A stretch of DNA of 32,000 bases from Candidatus Methanoperedens sp. (GCA_027460535.1 JAPZAR010000030.1:89827-121826), one strand, 5' to 3'; shown: positions 8,285 through 17,041, counted from the stretch's first letter. The notes: generated by a model from the sequence alone, not told the origin. Numbers and translations: made by a program.

Positions 8285-9595
8285 GTGTACGCAGAAACCG
8301 TTAGGCACAGGATTGTATCATTACTTCCGCGAGATGAATTGGCTTTACTTCTGAGCCTGATGATACAGATTCCCCTCGCCTTTTTCCTGGGTCACTTCTA
8401 TGACATAAGAATATCAATGGGGACAGGGTATCTTGTTGCCGGGGGGTTGAATCCCTATGAACAGCACTATCTTGGTGGCATTTTCAATCACGAGATATTC
8501 CAGGGAATAACCCCAGGCATAGGGTATCCTCCTCCGTGGGCTATAATCCTTGGGCTCATCTATTTGCTTTCCTATAAAATCGTCCATGACCTGTTCCTGT
8601 ATAACTTCGCGATCAAGCTCCCTATAATAGCGGCAAACATATTCCTTGCCTATGCTGTAAGAAATATGCTGCTGCACGATCTGAAGATCGATCGAATAAA
8701 AGCCAGAAGAGCGTGGCTTCTCATGCTATTTAATCCATTTATTCTGATCACCACCTCTGCCTGGGGCCAGATCGACGGGATCGTTGCTTTCCTTGTGATA
8801 TTATCGTTTCATTACCTGCATCGCAAAATGACCGGCAGGTCTGCTGTCCTGCTTGCGCTTGCTATTTCCCTGAAACCTATTGCCCTGCCCCTGCTTCCCC
8901 TTCCGATAATATACACAGCCCGTGGGTCGATGAAAAGTTGCGCAAAATATCTCATAATCTCTCTGGCATCGATTCTTGTTCTAACAGTAGTGCCGTTCTA
9001 CCTGTTAAACTGGAATCCTGGGCCTGTATTGAGAAATTGGGATGCTCACGAAACGGTTGCAGGAGGTTTATCCATCTTTGGTTTCATGGAAGCCCTGCAG
9101 GGTACATACCATATCCCTGATTCCATGTACCTGCTCGGGTTTGTATGGATACCTGCTGTAGCATTAGGCTACATCTTCCTGCATCCGCGGTTCAATTCGC
9201 CAGAGGAAATGACACGGGGCGCTTGTAGCATAATCCTGATATTCCTGCTCACTCGCGCCTGGGTTTCAGAGCCCAATCTTGACCTGCTCATACCATTCCT
9301 GGTAATTGTGATGACATTGAATAACATATCATGGAAGGTCTATACTTTCGCCTGGTCTGTACCTCTCGTTTTTGCATTCTTAAATACATCTATCCCGCAG
9401 CTCTTTGCACTGATATATCCACAGGTTATTGGAGACCTATCGGGTATTGACCATAAGATACGTGGCGTAAGGCTGATGGCAGGTTATCTTACAGTTCTGG
9501 TGTGGCAGGTCACGGGCTGGTATATCGTTATCAAATTGAACCGGCACTTATCGAGGAGCAGGTTCAATAGAATCACCTCACTTAGCGAAAGTTGA
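8285..9595 (+). CDS. Polytopic membrane glycosyltransferase, GT-C fold (DUF2029/GT87/PIG-M-like mannosyltransferase family)
   Basis: 436 aa with a GTG start and about 10-12 TM helices. A short acidic/aromatic first loop and the central segment LFNPFILITTSAWGQIDGIVAFL...LAISLKPIALPLLPL are typical of DUF2029-type GT-C enzymes. Confidence 0.7.
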   Translation: MYAETVRHRIVSLLPRDELALLLSLMIQIPLAFFLGHFYDIRISMGTGYLVAGGLNPYEQHYLGGIFNHEIFQGITPGIGYPPPWAIILGLIYLLSYKIVHDLFLYNFAIKLPIIAANIFLAYAVRNMLLHDLKIDRIKARRAWLLMLFNPFILITTSAWGQIDGIVAFLVILSFHYLHRKMTGRSAVLLALAISLKPIALPLLPLPIIYTARGSMKSCAKYLIISLASILVLTVVPFYLLNWNPGPVLRNWDAHETVAGGLSIFGFMEALQGTYHIPDSMYLLGFVWIPAVALGYIFLHPRFNSPEEMTRGACSIILIFLLTRAWVSEPNLDLLIPFLVIVMTLNNISWKVYTFAWSVPLVFAFLNTSIPQLFALIYPQVIGDLSGIDHKIRGVRLMAGYLTVLVWQVTGWYIVIKLNRHLSRSRFNRITSLSES

Positions 9596-9633
9596 TTGTC
9601 GCATTAATAGTTTCGATATGAAGCATAGCTTGA

Positions 9634-10268
9634 CTGCAGCACGGGATCCTTCAGATATTTCAGCCTTGCAATACCATTAAGTATGTTTATTCGCGGGGGT
9701 GCAGGTTTCAAAAATCAAAGGGCCTGTGGCCGATTGTACTTGCCTCGCTTATCATAGCTCTTCCTTTTTATTTTAGCCTCTATTCATACCTTTACCAGCC
9801 TATGGTCAGGGCAGGAGATTGGGGCGGCAGTGTTTATGCATTCAAGGCCGACGGCTCTACGCTTTCCGGATTTCCGAAACATACCGGAGGGAAGATATTT
9901 GCTTCTGCTGCAATAGGAGATCTGAACAAAGATGGGACCAAGGAAGTGGTTGTGGGTTCATGGGACAGAAACATCGCCGGTGGCATTTCCGCAGAGAGTA
10001 CATGAAACCGCCAAAAATCAGAGAAGGCTCTCCGGTACTCAACGGAATATCCATCTCAAAGGAAAACGGCGTTCTATTCCTGGCTGCCAATTTTTCGGGA
10101 TCGATCGAGCGCCCGAACTACTATGGGGACGACGGCACCTGGCACCCATCTCCAATGGTGCTGTCACAGGGAATGTATGCTGATATGATAGCGCCGCAAA
10201 AACAGGAAATAATGAAATATTTATCAGCCTTGAGAATGATAACCATTCATACCGCTTTCCTGAGGTGA
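9634..10268 (+). pseudogene. Degraded FG-GAP/VCBS-repeat surface protein gene with multiple frame disruptions
   Basis: A membrane-anchor-like segment (GLWPIVLASLIIALPFYF) and FG-GAP-like repeats (GGSVYAFKADGSTLSGFPKHTGGKIFASAAIGDLNKDGTKEVVVGSWD) sit in one frame with no ATG before the anchor. The nearest ATG (9683) is in another frame. The frame terminates at 10005 and coding-like sequence continues in a different frame to 10268. Confidence 0.45.
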
Positions 10269-10292
10269 ACTACTACGAGTCCAAGAACTGAT

Positions 10293-11624
10293 GTGCTTCT
10301 CATCTATCCATACTCTCACAGCGAGCCGGGATGGAGAAAGCTCTGGCTTTTCCCGCCGCTTGGACTCGGGTACCTGGCTTCCGTTCTCAGGAAGAGCGGG
10401 ATAAGCGTCAGAATACTCGATGGAACATTCATGCCGCCGGAGGAACTTATAAAACAAGCCCAGGAGCTTTCACCTGGCGTGGTAGGCATATACTGCATGG
10501 TCACGATGAGAGATAATGCGCTCAGGATCGCGAGGGCTCTTAAAAATCGTCCGGATAAGCCTCTTCTTGTGGCAGGCGGGCCATTCCCGACATCGGAGCC
10601 CGGAAAATTCCTTGATGATTTTGATATCGTGGTTTTAAGAGAGGGAGAGCAAACCATGCTTGAGCTCGTAAAAACGCATCTTGCCGGGCAGGGATTTTCA
10701 GGTATAAAGGGTATCGCGCTAAGGGATGAGAGCGGAACAATAAGAATGGACTTGAGGGAGTATGAAGAGAACATCGATTCCATCCCGCATCCTGCCCGTG
10801 ATCTGTTTGAGAACAAGAAGTACATGAGGTACTGGGAAAAAAAATTTGGGTATACCTGCACGCCTGTCTTAACAACAAGGGGCTGCCCTTACAATTGCGA
10901 CTACTGCGCACGTCCCGTGTTCGGGAACCGCTACAGGGAGAGGAGTTTCCAGGATGTTGTTAGTGAGATTGAAGAGGTTTTGGAGCTTGGTTACAGCAGG
11001 ATATGGTTTTCCGATGATGTCTTCACGCTCAATAAAGAAAGGATCATGGAACTCTGCGATGAGATAAAAAGGCGCAGGCTTGTATTCAGATGGGACTGCC
11101 TTTGCAGGGTTGACAATGTAAACTTCGAGCTGTTCAAGAATATGCGTGATGCAGGCTGTGCCAGGGTGCTCTTCGGGATAGAATCCGGGGACAACGGGGT
11201 TTTAAGTATGCTGAAAAAGAGATTCACTGTCGCGGAAGCGCAAAGTGCAGTTTCTGCGGCAAAGAAGGCAGGGATCGAGGCAGGAACATTTTTCATCGTG
11301 GGCTATCCCGGTGAAACCGAAGAAACCATACTCAGGACGATTCGCTTCTCCACGCACCTGCCCTCGGATTACCTGTCTTACACATTACCGTATCCCCTGC
11401 CCGGCACAGCACTTTACAAGAGGCTTGAAGACAGGCTTACACGCGATGAGTGGAAGATGGCGGGGCATAATCTTCTCATGTTCAGGGGCGATTTTTCGCA
11501 GGTGAAACTGCGGTTTGCGATCAATAAAGGCATGATACAGCACAGGCTCAGGAAAAACGGGTACGTCAGGCTGGCTGATGGATTCGAAGCGGTCACTGAT
11601 GGCGTGTTCAGAATGCTTCGATAA
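10293..11624 (+). CDS. B12-binding domain radical SAM protein, paralog B
   Basis: 443 aa with a GTG start. Collinear with paralog A along its whole length, roughly half of positions identical by eye. Motifs: FPPLGLGYLASVL, TRGCPYNCDYCARP, GIESG. Confidence 0.9.
   Translation: MLLIYPYSHSEPGWRKLWLFPPLGLGYLASVLRKSGISVRILDGTFMPPEELIKQAQELSPGVVGIYCMVTMRDNALRIARALKNRPDKPLLVAGGPFPTSEPGKFLDDFDIVVLREGEQTMLELVKTHLAGQGFSGIKGIALRDESGTIRMDLREYEENIDSIPHPARDLFENKKYMRYWEKKFGYTCTPVLTTRGCPYNCDYCARPVFGNRYRERSFQDVVSEIEEVLELGYSRIWFSDDVFTLNKERIMELCDEIKRRRLVFRWDCLCRVDNVNFELFKNMRDAGCARVLFGIESGDNGVLSMLKKRFTVAEAQSAVSAAKKAGIEAGTFFIVGYPGETEETILRTIRFSTHLPSDYLSYTLPYPLPGTALYKRLEDRLTRDEWKMAGHNLLMFRGDFSQVKLRFAINKGMIQHRLRKNGYVRLADGFEAVTDGVFRMLR
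10639..10667. repeat. 29-nt exact inverted repeat copy 2, inside rSAM paralog B
   Basis: GAGAGGGAGAGCAAACCATGCTTGAGCTC is the exact reverse complement of 5710-5738. Confidence 0.9.
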
Positions 11625-11660
11625 ATCGAATAGACTGGGACATGGTAATTTTCGTGACCC

Positions 11661-12674
11661 TTAAAACCATTTCTCAAGCGTCTGCTGGCCCTGGTCGGAA
11701 GCATCAAGCAGGCGCTCCACAGCTTTGGATACGCGCTCCTGCGAGAAATCATGCTCCCGGCATAGGAAATCAGTTATCGCTGCTGCATCGGGTTTTTTCC
11801 ATTTAAGTTCATAATCCCTTGTTACGTCGGGATTGAGGAACAGTTCTCTTATCTCTGCAAGCCCTTTGATATCGGCATTAAGTTCAGCAAGCACCCCTTC
11901 AATTCTGCCATGCCTTTTTATGGATTTTAGTGCTTTCTTCGGCCCGATCCCTTTGATCCCTTCGTTATAATCCGTCCCTACGAGGATGGCGATATCCACA
12001 AGCTGCTTTCTTGAGATCTCAAGTTTATGGAGCCCGTTTTCAAGGTCTATGATCTCAGGTTTAACATCGAGGTATACACTTTTTCCGGGAAGTTTTCTTT
12101 TTCCAGTAACAGCCAGGTTCCTGACGACAAAAGGTGCACCGAATAGGAGTGCGTCATAATCCTGGGAGCCGACCGCATATGCTTCTTTATTCTGCACAAT
12201 GAATGCAGCCTGCGCTTCGCCTTCGGAAGGCGCCTGGACCACCGGAAGTCCCATTAATCCGAGAAGTCTCTTGGCATCATCCACCATATTTCCCTTTATG
12301 TGAGATGATGCCTGGGCATATTTTAACGCATTTTCATCTCCTGTGTCGCGGGCTTCTTCCCATCGTTTCGCGGCTTCTATCCTGACTTTTTTTCTTGCCT
12401 CGATGGTCGTATTTTTAAATTGAGGAGGAGCCCCGTCGAAGACGAACACCGGTTTGATACCCTCTTCGATGAGATTCGTTGTCCTGTATAAGAACCCCGA
12501 GAGATGTGAGGTTATTTCGCCGTGCGAGTCTATGAGCGGCATGCCATCCCGCTGGCGGATTATGCTCAGGAATTGGTAAAGGGTGTTGTACGCGTCTATG
12601 GCGATGACTCTTCCTTTTAGATCTGAAAGCTCTACTTCTTTTTTCTCAAAAAGATCCCCGAGGTCAACCCCCAT
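11661..12674 (-). CDS. fen: Flap endonuclease 1 (FEN-1)
   Basis: 337 aa with MGVDLGDL, AIDAYNTLYQFL, VFVFDG, EGEAQAA, DYDALLFGA, GTDYN and a C-terminal PCNA-interacting motif QQTLEKWF. Confidence 0.95.
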   Translation of the reverse strand: MGVDLGDLFEKKEVELSDLKGRVIAIDAYNTLYQFLSIIRQRDGMPLIDSHGEITSHLSGFLYRTTNLIEEGIKPVFVFDGAPPQFKNTTIEARKKVRIEAAKRWEEARDTGDENALKYAQASSHIKGNMVDDAKRLLGLMGLPVVQAPSEGEAQAAFIVQNKEAYAVGSQDYDALLFGAPFVVRNLAVTGKRKLPGKSVYLDVKPEIIDLENGLHKLEISRKQLVDIAILVGTDYNEGIKGIGPKKALKSIKRHGRIEGVLAELNADIKGLAEIRELFLNPDVTRDYELKWKKPDAAAITDFLCREHDFSQERVSKAVERLLDASDQGQQTLEKWF

Positions 12675-12686
12675 AGTTGCCTCAGA

Positions 12687-12974
12687 TCACATTACATTGC
12701 CCAGTCTGATATCTATTACAGAATCGTTATCTGCTTCTATACCTTTTACGGTCAGAAGATTGCCTCTACGGTTGATCAATTCGGCGGCCGAAACCTGAAC
12801 CTGATGTTGATCTGTGATATCATTGTTCTTATGTACTATCAGCAGGTTTGCCCCTTTCTGGAATTTTTCCATAATGCTGGAAAGTACCTGTTCAAAATCG
12901 GAATATATTAAAACGTCAGATAATCCGGAATTAGCTTTTTTGATTACTCCGATTGGCTTGATCTTAAGGTTCAA
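12687..12974 (-). CDS. Short TsaA/TrmO-like domain protein (truncated-looking)
   Basis: 95 aa. It begins LKIKPIGVI and ends GNLLTVKGIEADNDSVIDIR, resembling the first strand and the C-terminal (l.v.g.D..dgTPvlDIKP) strand region of TsaA-like domains. The central RPNxIG segment is absent. Confidence 0.45.
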   Translation of the reverse strand: MNLKIKPIGVIKKANSGLSDVLIYSDFEQVLSSIMEKFQKGANLLIVHKNNDITDQHQVQVSAAELINRRGNLLTVKGIEADNDSVIDIRLGNVM

Positions 12975-13034
12975 CGCATTGCCTCATTATGATGTTCATC
13001 TATATATACGTCATGCATATATCTTTTTCCTTTT

Positions 13035-13967
13035 CTATACGGACAGCTCTTTGAGAGAAGCTATTCCAGATGTGACAGCTTCTGCGGATCTTTCCAGAGC
13101 CTTATTCTCCCCTTCATTGAGATCTAACTCAATTATCCCTTCTATACCACGTCTTCCAAGCCTAACTGGAACCCCAAGATATATATTCTTTTTGCCATAT
13201 TCGCCATTCAGATAGGCGCATACGGGAAGGATCCTCTTAGTATCCTTTACCACTGCCTCTACCATTCTGGTCACAGCAGCGGAAGGCGCATAGAAGGCAC
13301 TTCCGGTTTTCAGGAGATTGACTATCTCCGCCCCGCCGTTGACAGTCCTGTCCACAAGGCGCTGAATGGATGGTTCATCCATTAATTCTGTGATCGGAAC
13401 ACCTGATACTGTTGTGAACCTGGGAAGCGGAACCATCGTATCGCCATGCCCTCCCAGCACCATCGCACTTATATCACGCACGGAGCAGCCGAGTTCCATC
13501 GAGATAAAAGTGGCGAACCTTCCCGAATCCAGGACACCGCTCATCCCGAAAACCCTGTTAGGCAGAAAGCCCGTGGTCTTCATTGTGACATAAGTCATTA
13601 TGTCGAGCGGATTTGTGACCGTAATAACTATCGAATCCGGGGCATATTCTGCAATATTCTGCGAAACCTCCTTGATTATTTTGGTATTTATCTTCAGAAG
13701 GTCTTCCCTGGTCATTCCGGGTTTTCTTGCAATGCCTGCCGTGATAACAACCACATCCGAGCCCTCTATATCCCTGTAATCGTTCGTGCCTGTCACCTTT
13801 GAGTCATATCCGAGAAGAGGCCCTGCTTCAAGGAGGTCAAGGGCCTTGCCCTGCGGTAAGCCCTCAACGATATCAGTCAGTACAACGTCCCCGAGTTCTT
13901 TTTCCGCTATTCTTTGCGCGGCAGTAGCGCCAACTGCGCCTGCGCCGATTATTGTGATTTTTGGCAT
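13035..13967 (-). CDS. mdh: Malate dehydrogenase (LDH-like MDH family)
   Basis: 310 aa with IIGAGAVG Rossmann motif, ITAGIARKPGMTREDL substrate loop, GGHGDTMVP, and AGGTGA SD 7 nt upstream. Confidence 0.95.
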   Translation of the reverse strand: MPKITIIGAGAVGATAAQRIAEKELGDVVLTDIVEGLPQGKALDLLEAGPLLGYDSKVTGTNDYRDIEGSDVVVITAGIARKPGMTREDLLKINTKIIKEVSQNIAEYAPDSIVITVTNPLDIMTYVTMKTTGFLPNRVFGMSGVLDSGRFATFISMELGCSVRDISAMVLGGHGDTMVPLPRFTTVSGVPITELMDEPSIQRLVDRTVNGGAEIVNLLKTGSAFYAPSAAVTRMVEAVVKDTKRILPVCAYLNGEYGKKNIYLGVPVRLGRRGIEGIIELDLNEGENKALERSAEAVTSGIASLKELSV

Positions 13968-13980
13968 ATGTATTCACCTA

Positions 13981-14156
13981 TTTCTTAGAATGTTAAACCG
14001 CAGATGAACGCCCAGAGTTGCGCCTCTGGAGGGCGCATCCACGTATGGCTTCAGCCATACGTGTCTATGCGTCGCGGCGAGCATAACGCCGATGAACGCA
14101 TACACATGATAAAAAATCTAGGTTCATCTACGTGTATCCACATTGGTTTTCTTAGA
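13981..14156. other. GC-rich, hairpin-rich ~160-bp element bounded by 9-bp direct repeats (MITE-like insertion or structured leader/ncRNA)
   Basis: TTTCTTAGA occurs at 13981-13989 and 14148-14156. Near the ends are the imperfect inverted motifs AATGT...AGATGAAC and GTTCATCT...ACATT. Internal features: a perfect 10-bp stem hairpin CACGTATGGC-TTCA-GCCATACGTG (14040-14063), a 6-bp stem TGCGCC/GGCGCA (about 14019-14037), and GATGAACGC twice. Confidence 0.35.
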
Positions 14157-14270
14157 GGATTCAAAACATGATAATATTTGTGTATTTTTCTGCGATTCTT
14201 TGGGATATTTAACGGAACTGAAAAACAATGCAGACTAAAGGCTGCAGGAGATATTCAGTTTTTTAGCAAT

Positions 14271-14280
14271 ATTTATATAT
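14271..14280 (+). promoter_or_regulatory. Putative archaeal TATA box for truA
   Basis: ATTTATATAT is centred about 27 nt upstream of the truA ATG. This fits archaeal TATA-to-TSS spacing and a leaderless or very short-leader transcript. Confidence 0.4.
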
Positions 14281-14301
14281 CAACGAATCAATTTAAAATA
14301 T

Positions 14302-15111
14302 ATGCGGATTGCTCTAAAAGTTGCCTACGTCGGCAATGACTATCACGGTTTTCAGGTCCAGCCCGATGTAAAAACCATTGAAGGGGAAATTTTCAGGGCG
14401 CTTGAAGAGGCAGACATAATAGAAAATCCTCATGAAGCCAACTATATTGCGGCGGGGCGGACCGACAAAGGTGTTCACGCGCTCGGCCAGGTGATAGCAT
14501 TCGATACCGATAATCCCGATGTTGCAATACCAAGGGCCATCAACAGTAACCTTCCATCTACGATCTGGACATGGGCAAGAGCAGAGGTCCCATCGGATTT
14601 TGACCCGCGCCGGGATGCCCTGAACCGGGAATACAAGTATATCATGTGCGGGAAATATAATATATCCGTTCTTCGGAACGCATCAAAGCTCCTGAAAGGT
14701 GTGCATGATTTCTCCAATTTTGCCACCCCGGATAAGGAAAGGACGAACGTATGCAAAATAGAAAAGATAAAGATGAGAGTGGAACGGGAATTCACGATCA
14801 TGGAGATAAGCGCAAACTATTTTCTCTGGCATATGGTAAGAAAAATAGCAACAGCTATGAAAATGATTGGCTGCGGGTCAAGGGATATTGCGTGGCTTGA
14901 ACAGATGCTCGATCCGGCAGAGTTCAGTGAAGGTCTTGAGCCAGCTCCGGCGTACGGGCTTGTTTTCAAAAATATCGAGTACCAGGAAATAACATGGGTT
15001 GAGGATGCTTACGCCAAAAAAGTAATCTCTGAGAATCTCGGGGAGCAATTCTTATGGCATGGGGTTATGGCTGAAATGCTCAGAGAATTTAAGGAAAGCA
15101 TGACCGTATAG
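14302..15111 (+). CDS. truA: tRNA pseudouridine(38-40) synthase TruA/Pus family
   Basis: 269 aa with MRIALKVAYVGNDYHGFQ and the catalytic-Asp motif AAGRTDKGVHALGQV. Confidence 0.9.
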   Translation: MRIALKVAYVGNDYHGFQVQPDVKTIEGEIFRALEEADIIENPHEANYIAAGRTDKGVHALGQVIAFDTDNPDVAIPRAINSNLPSTIWTWARAEVPSDFDPRRDALNREYKYIMCGKYNISVLRNASKLLKGVHDFSNFATPDKERTNVCKIEKIKMRVEREFTIMEISANYFLWHMVRKIATAMKMIGCGSRDIAWLEQMLDPAEFSEGLEPAPAYGLVFKNIEYQEITWVEDAYAKKVISENLGEQFLWHGVMAEMLREFKESMTV

Positions 15112-15118
15112 ATGCCAT

Positions 15119-16129
15119 ATGTTGCTGGCTTTTGAACTTTCAGGTGAGCACAGAACCATTCCGGGATCTGAGGTTATTGCGTGCCTTGGAGCATTGAAAG
15201 CTGATTTTCAGATTCATCTCGCACTCGATGCTTGTTTGATAATCGACCTGAAAAATAATGCCGATAAAATCATTGAAATTCTCTCAAAAAGGCTCTCGAT
15301 GACCCATCATATCATCAAAGTCCTGAACATAGGCGGGCCGGGTGAGGAAGATATTGTAGAATCTGTGAATAGATCGTTCATAGACTTTAATGGGACATAC
15401 AGTATCCGGGTCAAGCGTGTGAGAGAATACTCCGGGATAAATACGGAATTGATGGAGCAGCGATTGGGTGGGATTTTTTACAGGAGAGGGGCTCGTGCCG
15501 ACCTTAGAAATCCAGAATTACAGTTCAGGATACTTCTCACAGAAGATAAAAGCGTTTTCGGATATATTGCCGGCTCGATTGACAGGGGGGCTTACGATGC
15601 CAGAAAACCCCATTATAAGCCGTTTTTTTATCCCGGCGTCCTGATGCCGAGGGTTGCCCGTGCCCTTGTGAACATAGCAAGGCCGGATGGGAATTTGTTC
15701 GATCCTTTCTGCGGGACAGGAGGCATACTCGTTGAGGCAGGGCTTGCTGGTATGGAAGTGATCGGAGGGGATATGCAGAGAAAATTGCTGCTAGGCGCCA
15801 AAATGAACCTGGACTATTATAATGTCAGTTATTCTCTTATGTACCAGGATGCGTGCCGCCTCGCGCTCCGCGATGAGAGCGTGGATGCGGTTGTCACCGA
15901 TCCACCATACGGCAGGTCAGCGGCTATCAAAGCAGAATCGCTTCAGCACCTGCTTCTATCTTCATTAAGAGAGATACACAGGGTTTTGAAGAAAGAAAAA
16001 AGGGCAGTTTTTATTTCGGAACGTCCGGTGGATGATTTCGCGATAGAGGCGGGTTTCACAATTGTCGAGGTTCACCAGCAGAGAGTGCACAGGAGTCTTA
16101 CAAGGCGGATATGCGTTCTTGAAAAGTAG
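15119..16129 (+). CDS. THUMP-domain tRNA (guanine(10)-N2)-methyltransferase (archaeal Trm-G10/Trm11 family)
   Basis: 336 aa. N-terminal THUMP-like half, and a C-terminal class I methyltransferase with DPFCGTGG (motif I) and VVTDPPYG (motif IV). Confidence 0.85.
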   Translation: MLLAFELSGEHRTIPGSEVIACLGALKADFQIHLALDACLIIDLKNNADKIIEILSKRLSMTHHIIKVLNIGGPGEEDIVESVNRSFIDFNGTYSIRVKRVREYSGINTELMEQRLGGIFYRRGARADLRNPELQFRILLTEDKSVFGYIAGSIDRGAYDARKPHYKPFFYPGVLMPRVARALVNIARPDGNLFDPFCGTGGILVEAGLAGMEVIGGDMQRKLLLGAKMNLDYYNVSYSLMYQDACRLALRDESVDAVVTDPPYGRSAAIKAESLQHLLLSSLREIHRVLKKEKRAVFISERPVDDFAIEAGFTIVEVHQQRVHRSLTRRICVLEK

Positions 16130-16135
16130 CAAGCG

Positions 16136-16897
16136 CTATTTTTGATTTTCAGCTAATATTATGTTAGAGCGGCCTTTTCTTATTTTTTTAACCAATCCTC
16201 TGCTTTCCAGATCGTCCAGCATCAGACTGACCTTTGCTTCGGAAAAGGCAGATTTTTTCCTCAACTCTTTCTGGGTCGTTCTTCCCCCCATTTTTATTAT
16301 GGTATCATAGATATTGCTGAGGTCTTCAGGAAGGTCGATCTTTTTGGTTTCTATGGATTTTTCAGCCAATTGTGCTCCGGGTTCGTGTACAATTCGTTCC
16401 CCATGCCTTTTTTTCCTGATCCAGAAAAAAATTGATAAGGCAGAACCAATCAAAATAACGATTATTATAATGTAGGTATATGTATTACTTCCACTTTTTC
16501 TATCCAAGTCAGAAGTAAGATTCATATCGCCGAGATATTCGTACTCCGAATCGATCGGTGGGAAAAGCAGAAGATCTATATTGAAGTCTTCGGATACATC
16601 TGTACCGGTTATCAGGAGATTCTCTTCGCCTTCATATTCAAGGATGTTGTTATGGAAGTATCTGGCCTTGATCGTGTAATTGCCCGGGGCAAGTCTGTCA
16701 AAAGAATACATGCCTGTTGTCGAAACATTGACCTGAACACGTGTGGAATTGTCAAGAAGTTCAACTATTGTATTTTTAAAAGGTTTTTCAAAATCAGACC
16801 ATTCGTAGATGGTTCCGTACACTCTTGCTGCATGTGCATGGATAATGAGAGTGGTTGACAGCAAGATGAGAAGGAATAACCATCGTTTCGTTCGCAC
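16136..16897 (-). CDS. Membrane-anchored winged-helix regulator with an extracellular carboxypeptidase-regulatory-like (beta-sandwich) domain
   Basis: 253 aa. Signal peptide, then an ARVYGTIY...GNYTIKA beta-sandwich-like domain with four N-x-S/T sequons. One TM helix (YTYIIIIVILIGSALSIFFWI) is followed by RKKRH, then a C-terminal wHTH (GGRTTQKELRKKSAFSEAKVSLMLDDLESRGLVKK). Confidence 0.75.
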   Translation of the reverse strand: MRTKRWLFLLILLSTTLIIHAHAARVYGTIYEWSDFEKPFKNTIVELLDNSTRVQVNVSTTGMYSFDRLAPGNYTIKARYFHNNILEYEGEENLLITGTDVSEDFNIDLLLFPPIDSEYEYLGDMNLTSDLDRKSGSNTYTYIIIIVILIGSALSIFFWIRKKRHGERIVHEPGAQLAEKSIETKKIDLPEDLSNIYDTIIKMGGRTTQKELRKKSAFSEAKVSLMLDDLESRGLVKKIRKGRSNIILAENQK

Positions 16898-17041
16898 ATA
16901 TTCTAATTTTAAAATAAAGTATATATAGTTTATTATAAAGCAAAAAGAGCATTTATAAAGGTTTGTAAAGGATTATCATGGTTTAAAAAACTTAATTTTT
17001 CTATCGCATAAAAGTATATTTATCTATCCAGTCATTATAGT

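Noticed and set aside
9819-10268. A 149-aa ORF as an independent gene.
   Set aside because: Its N-terminal half is an Arg/Cys-rich alternative frame of the FG-GAP segment. Only its C-terminal part looks coding, which is better explained as the downstream piece of a frameshifted pseudogene.
10316-10861. A 181-aa antisense ORF inside rSAM paralog B. Similar long antisense ORFs occur at 5078-5527, 17602-18060, 28799-29326, 29789-30178 and 20349-20738.
   Set aside because: Each lies wholly within a strongly supported gene on the opposite strand. Their compositions are Ser/Pro/Arg-rich or low-complexity, typical of shadow ORFs, and none has a recognisable motif.
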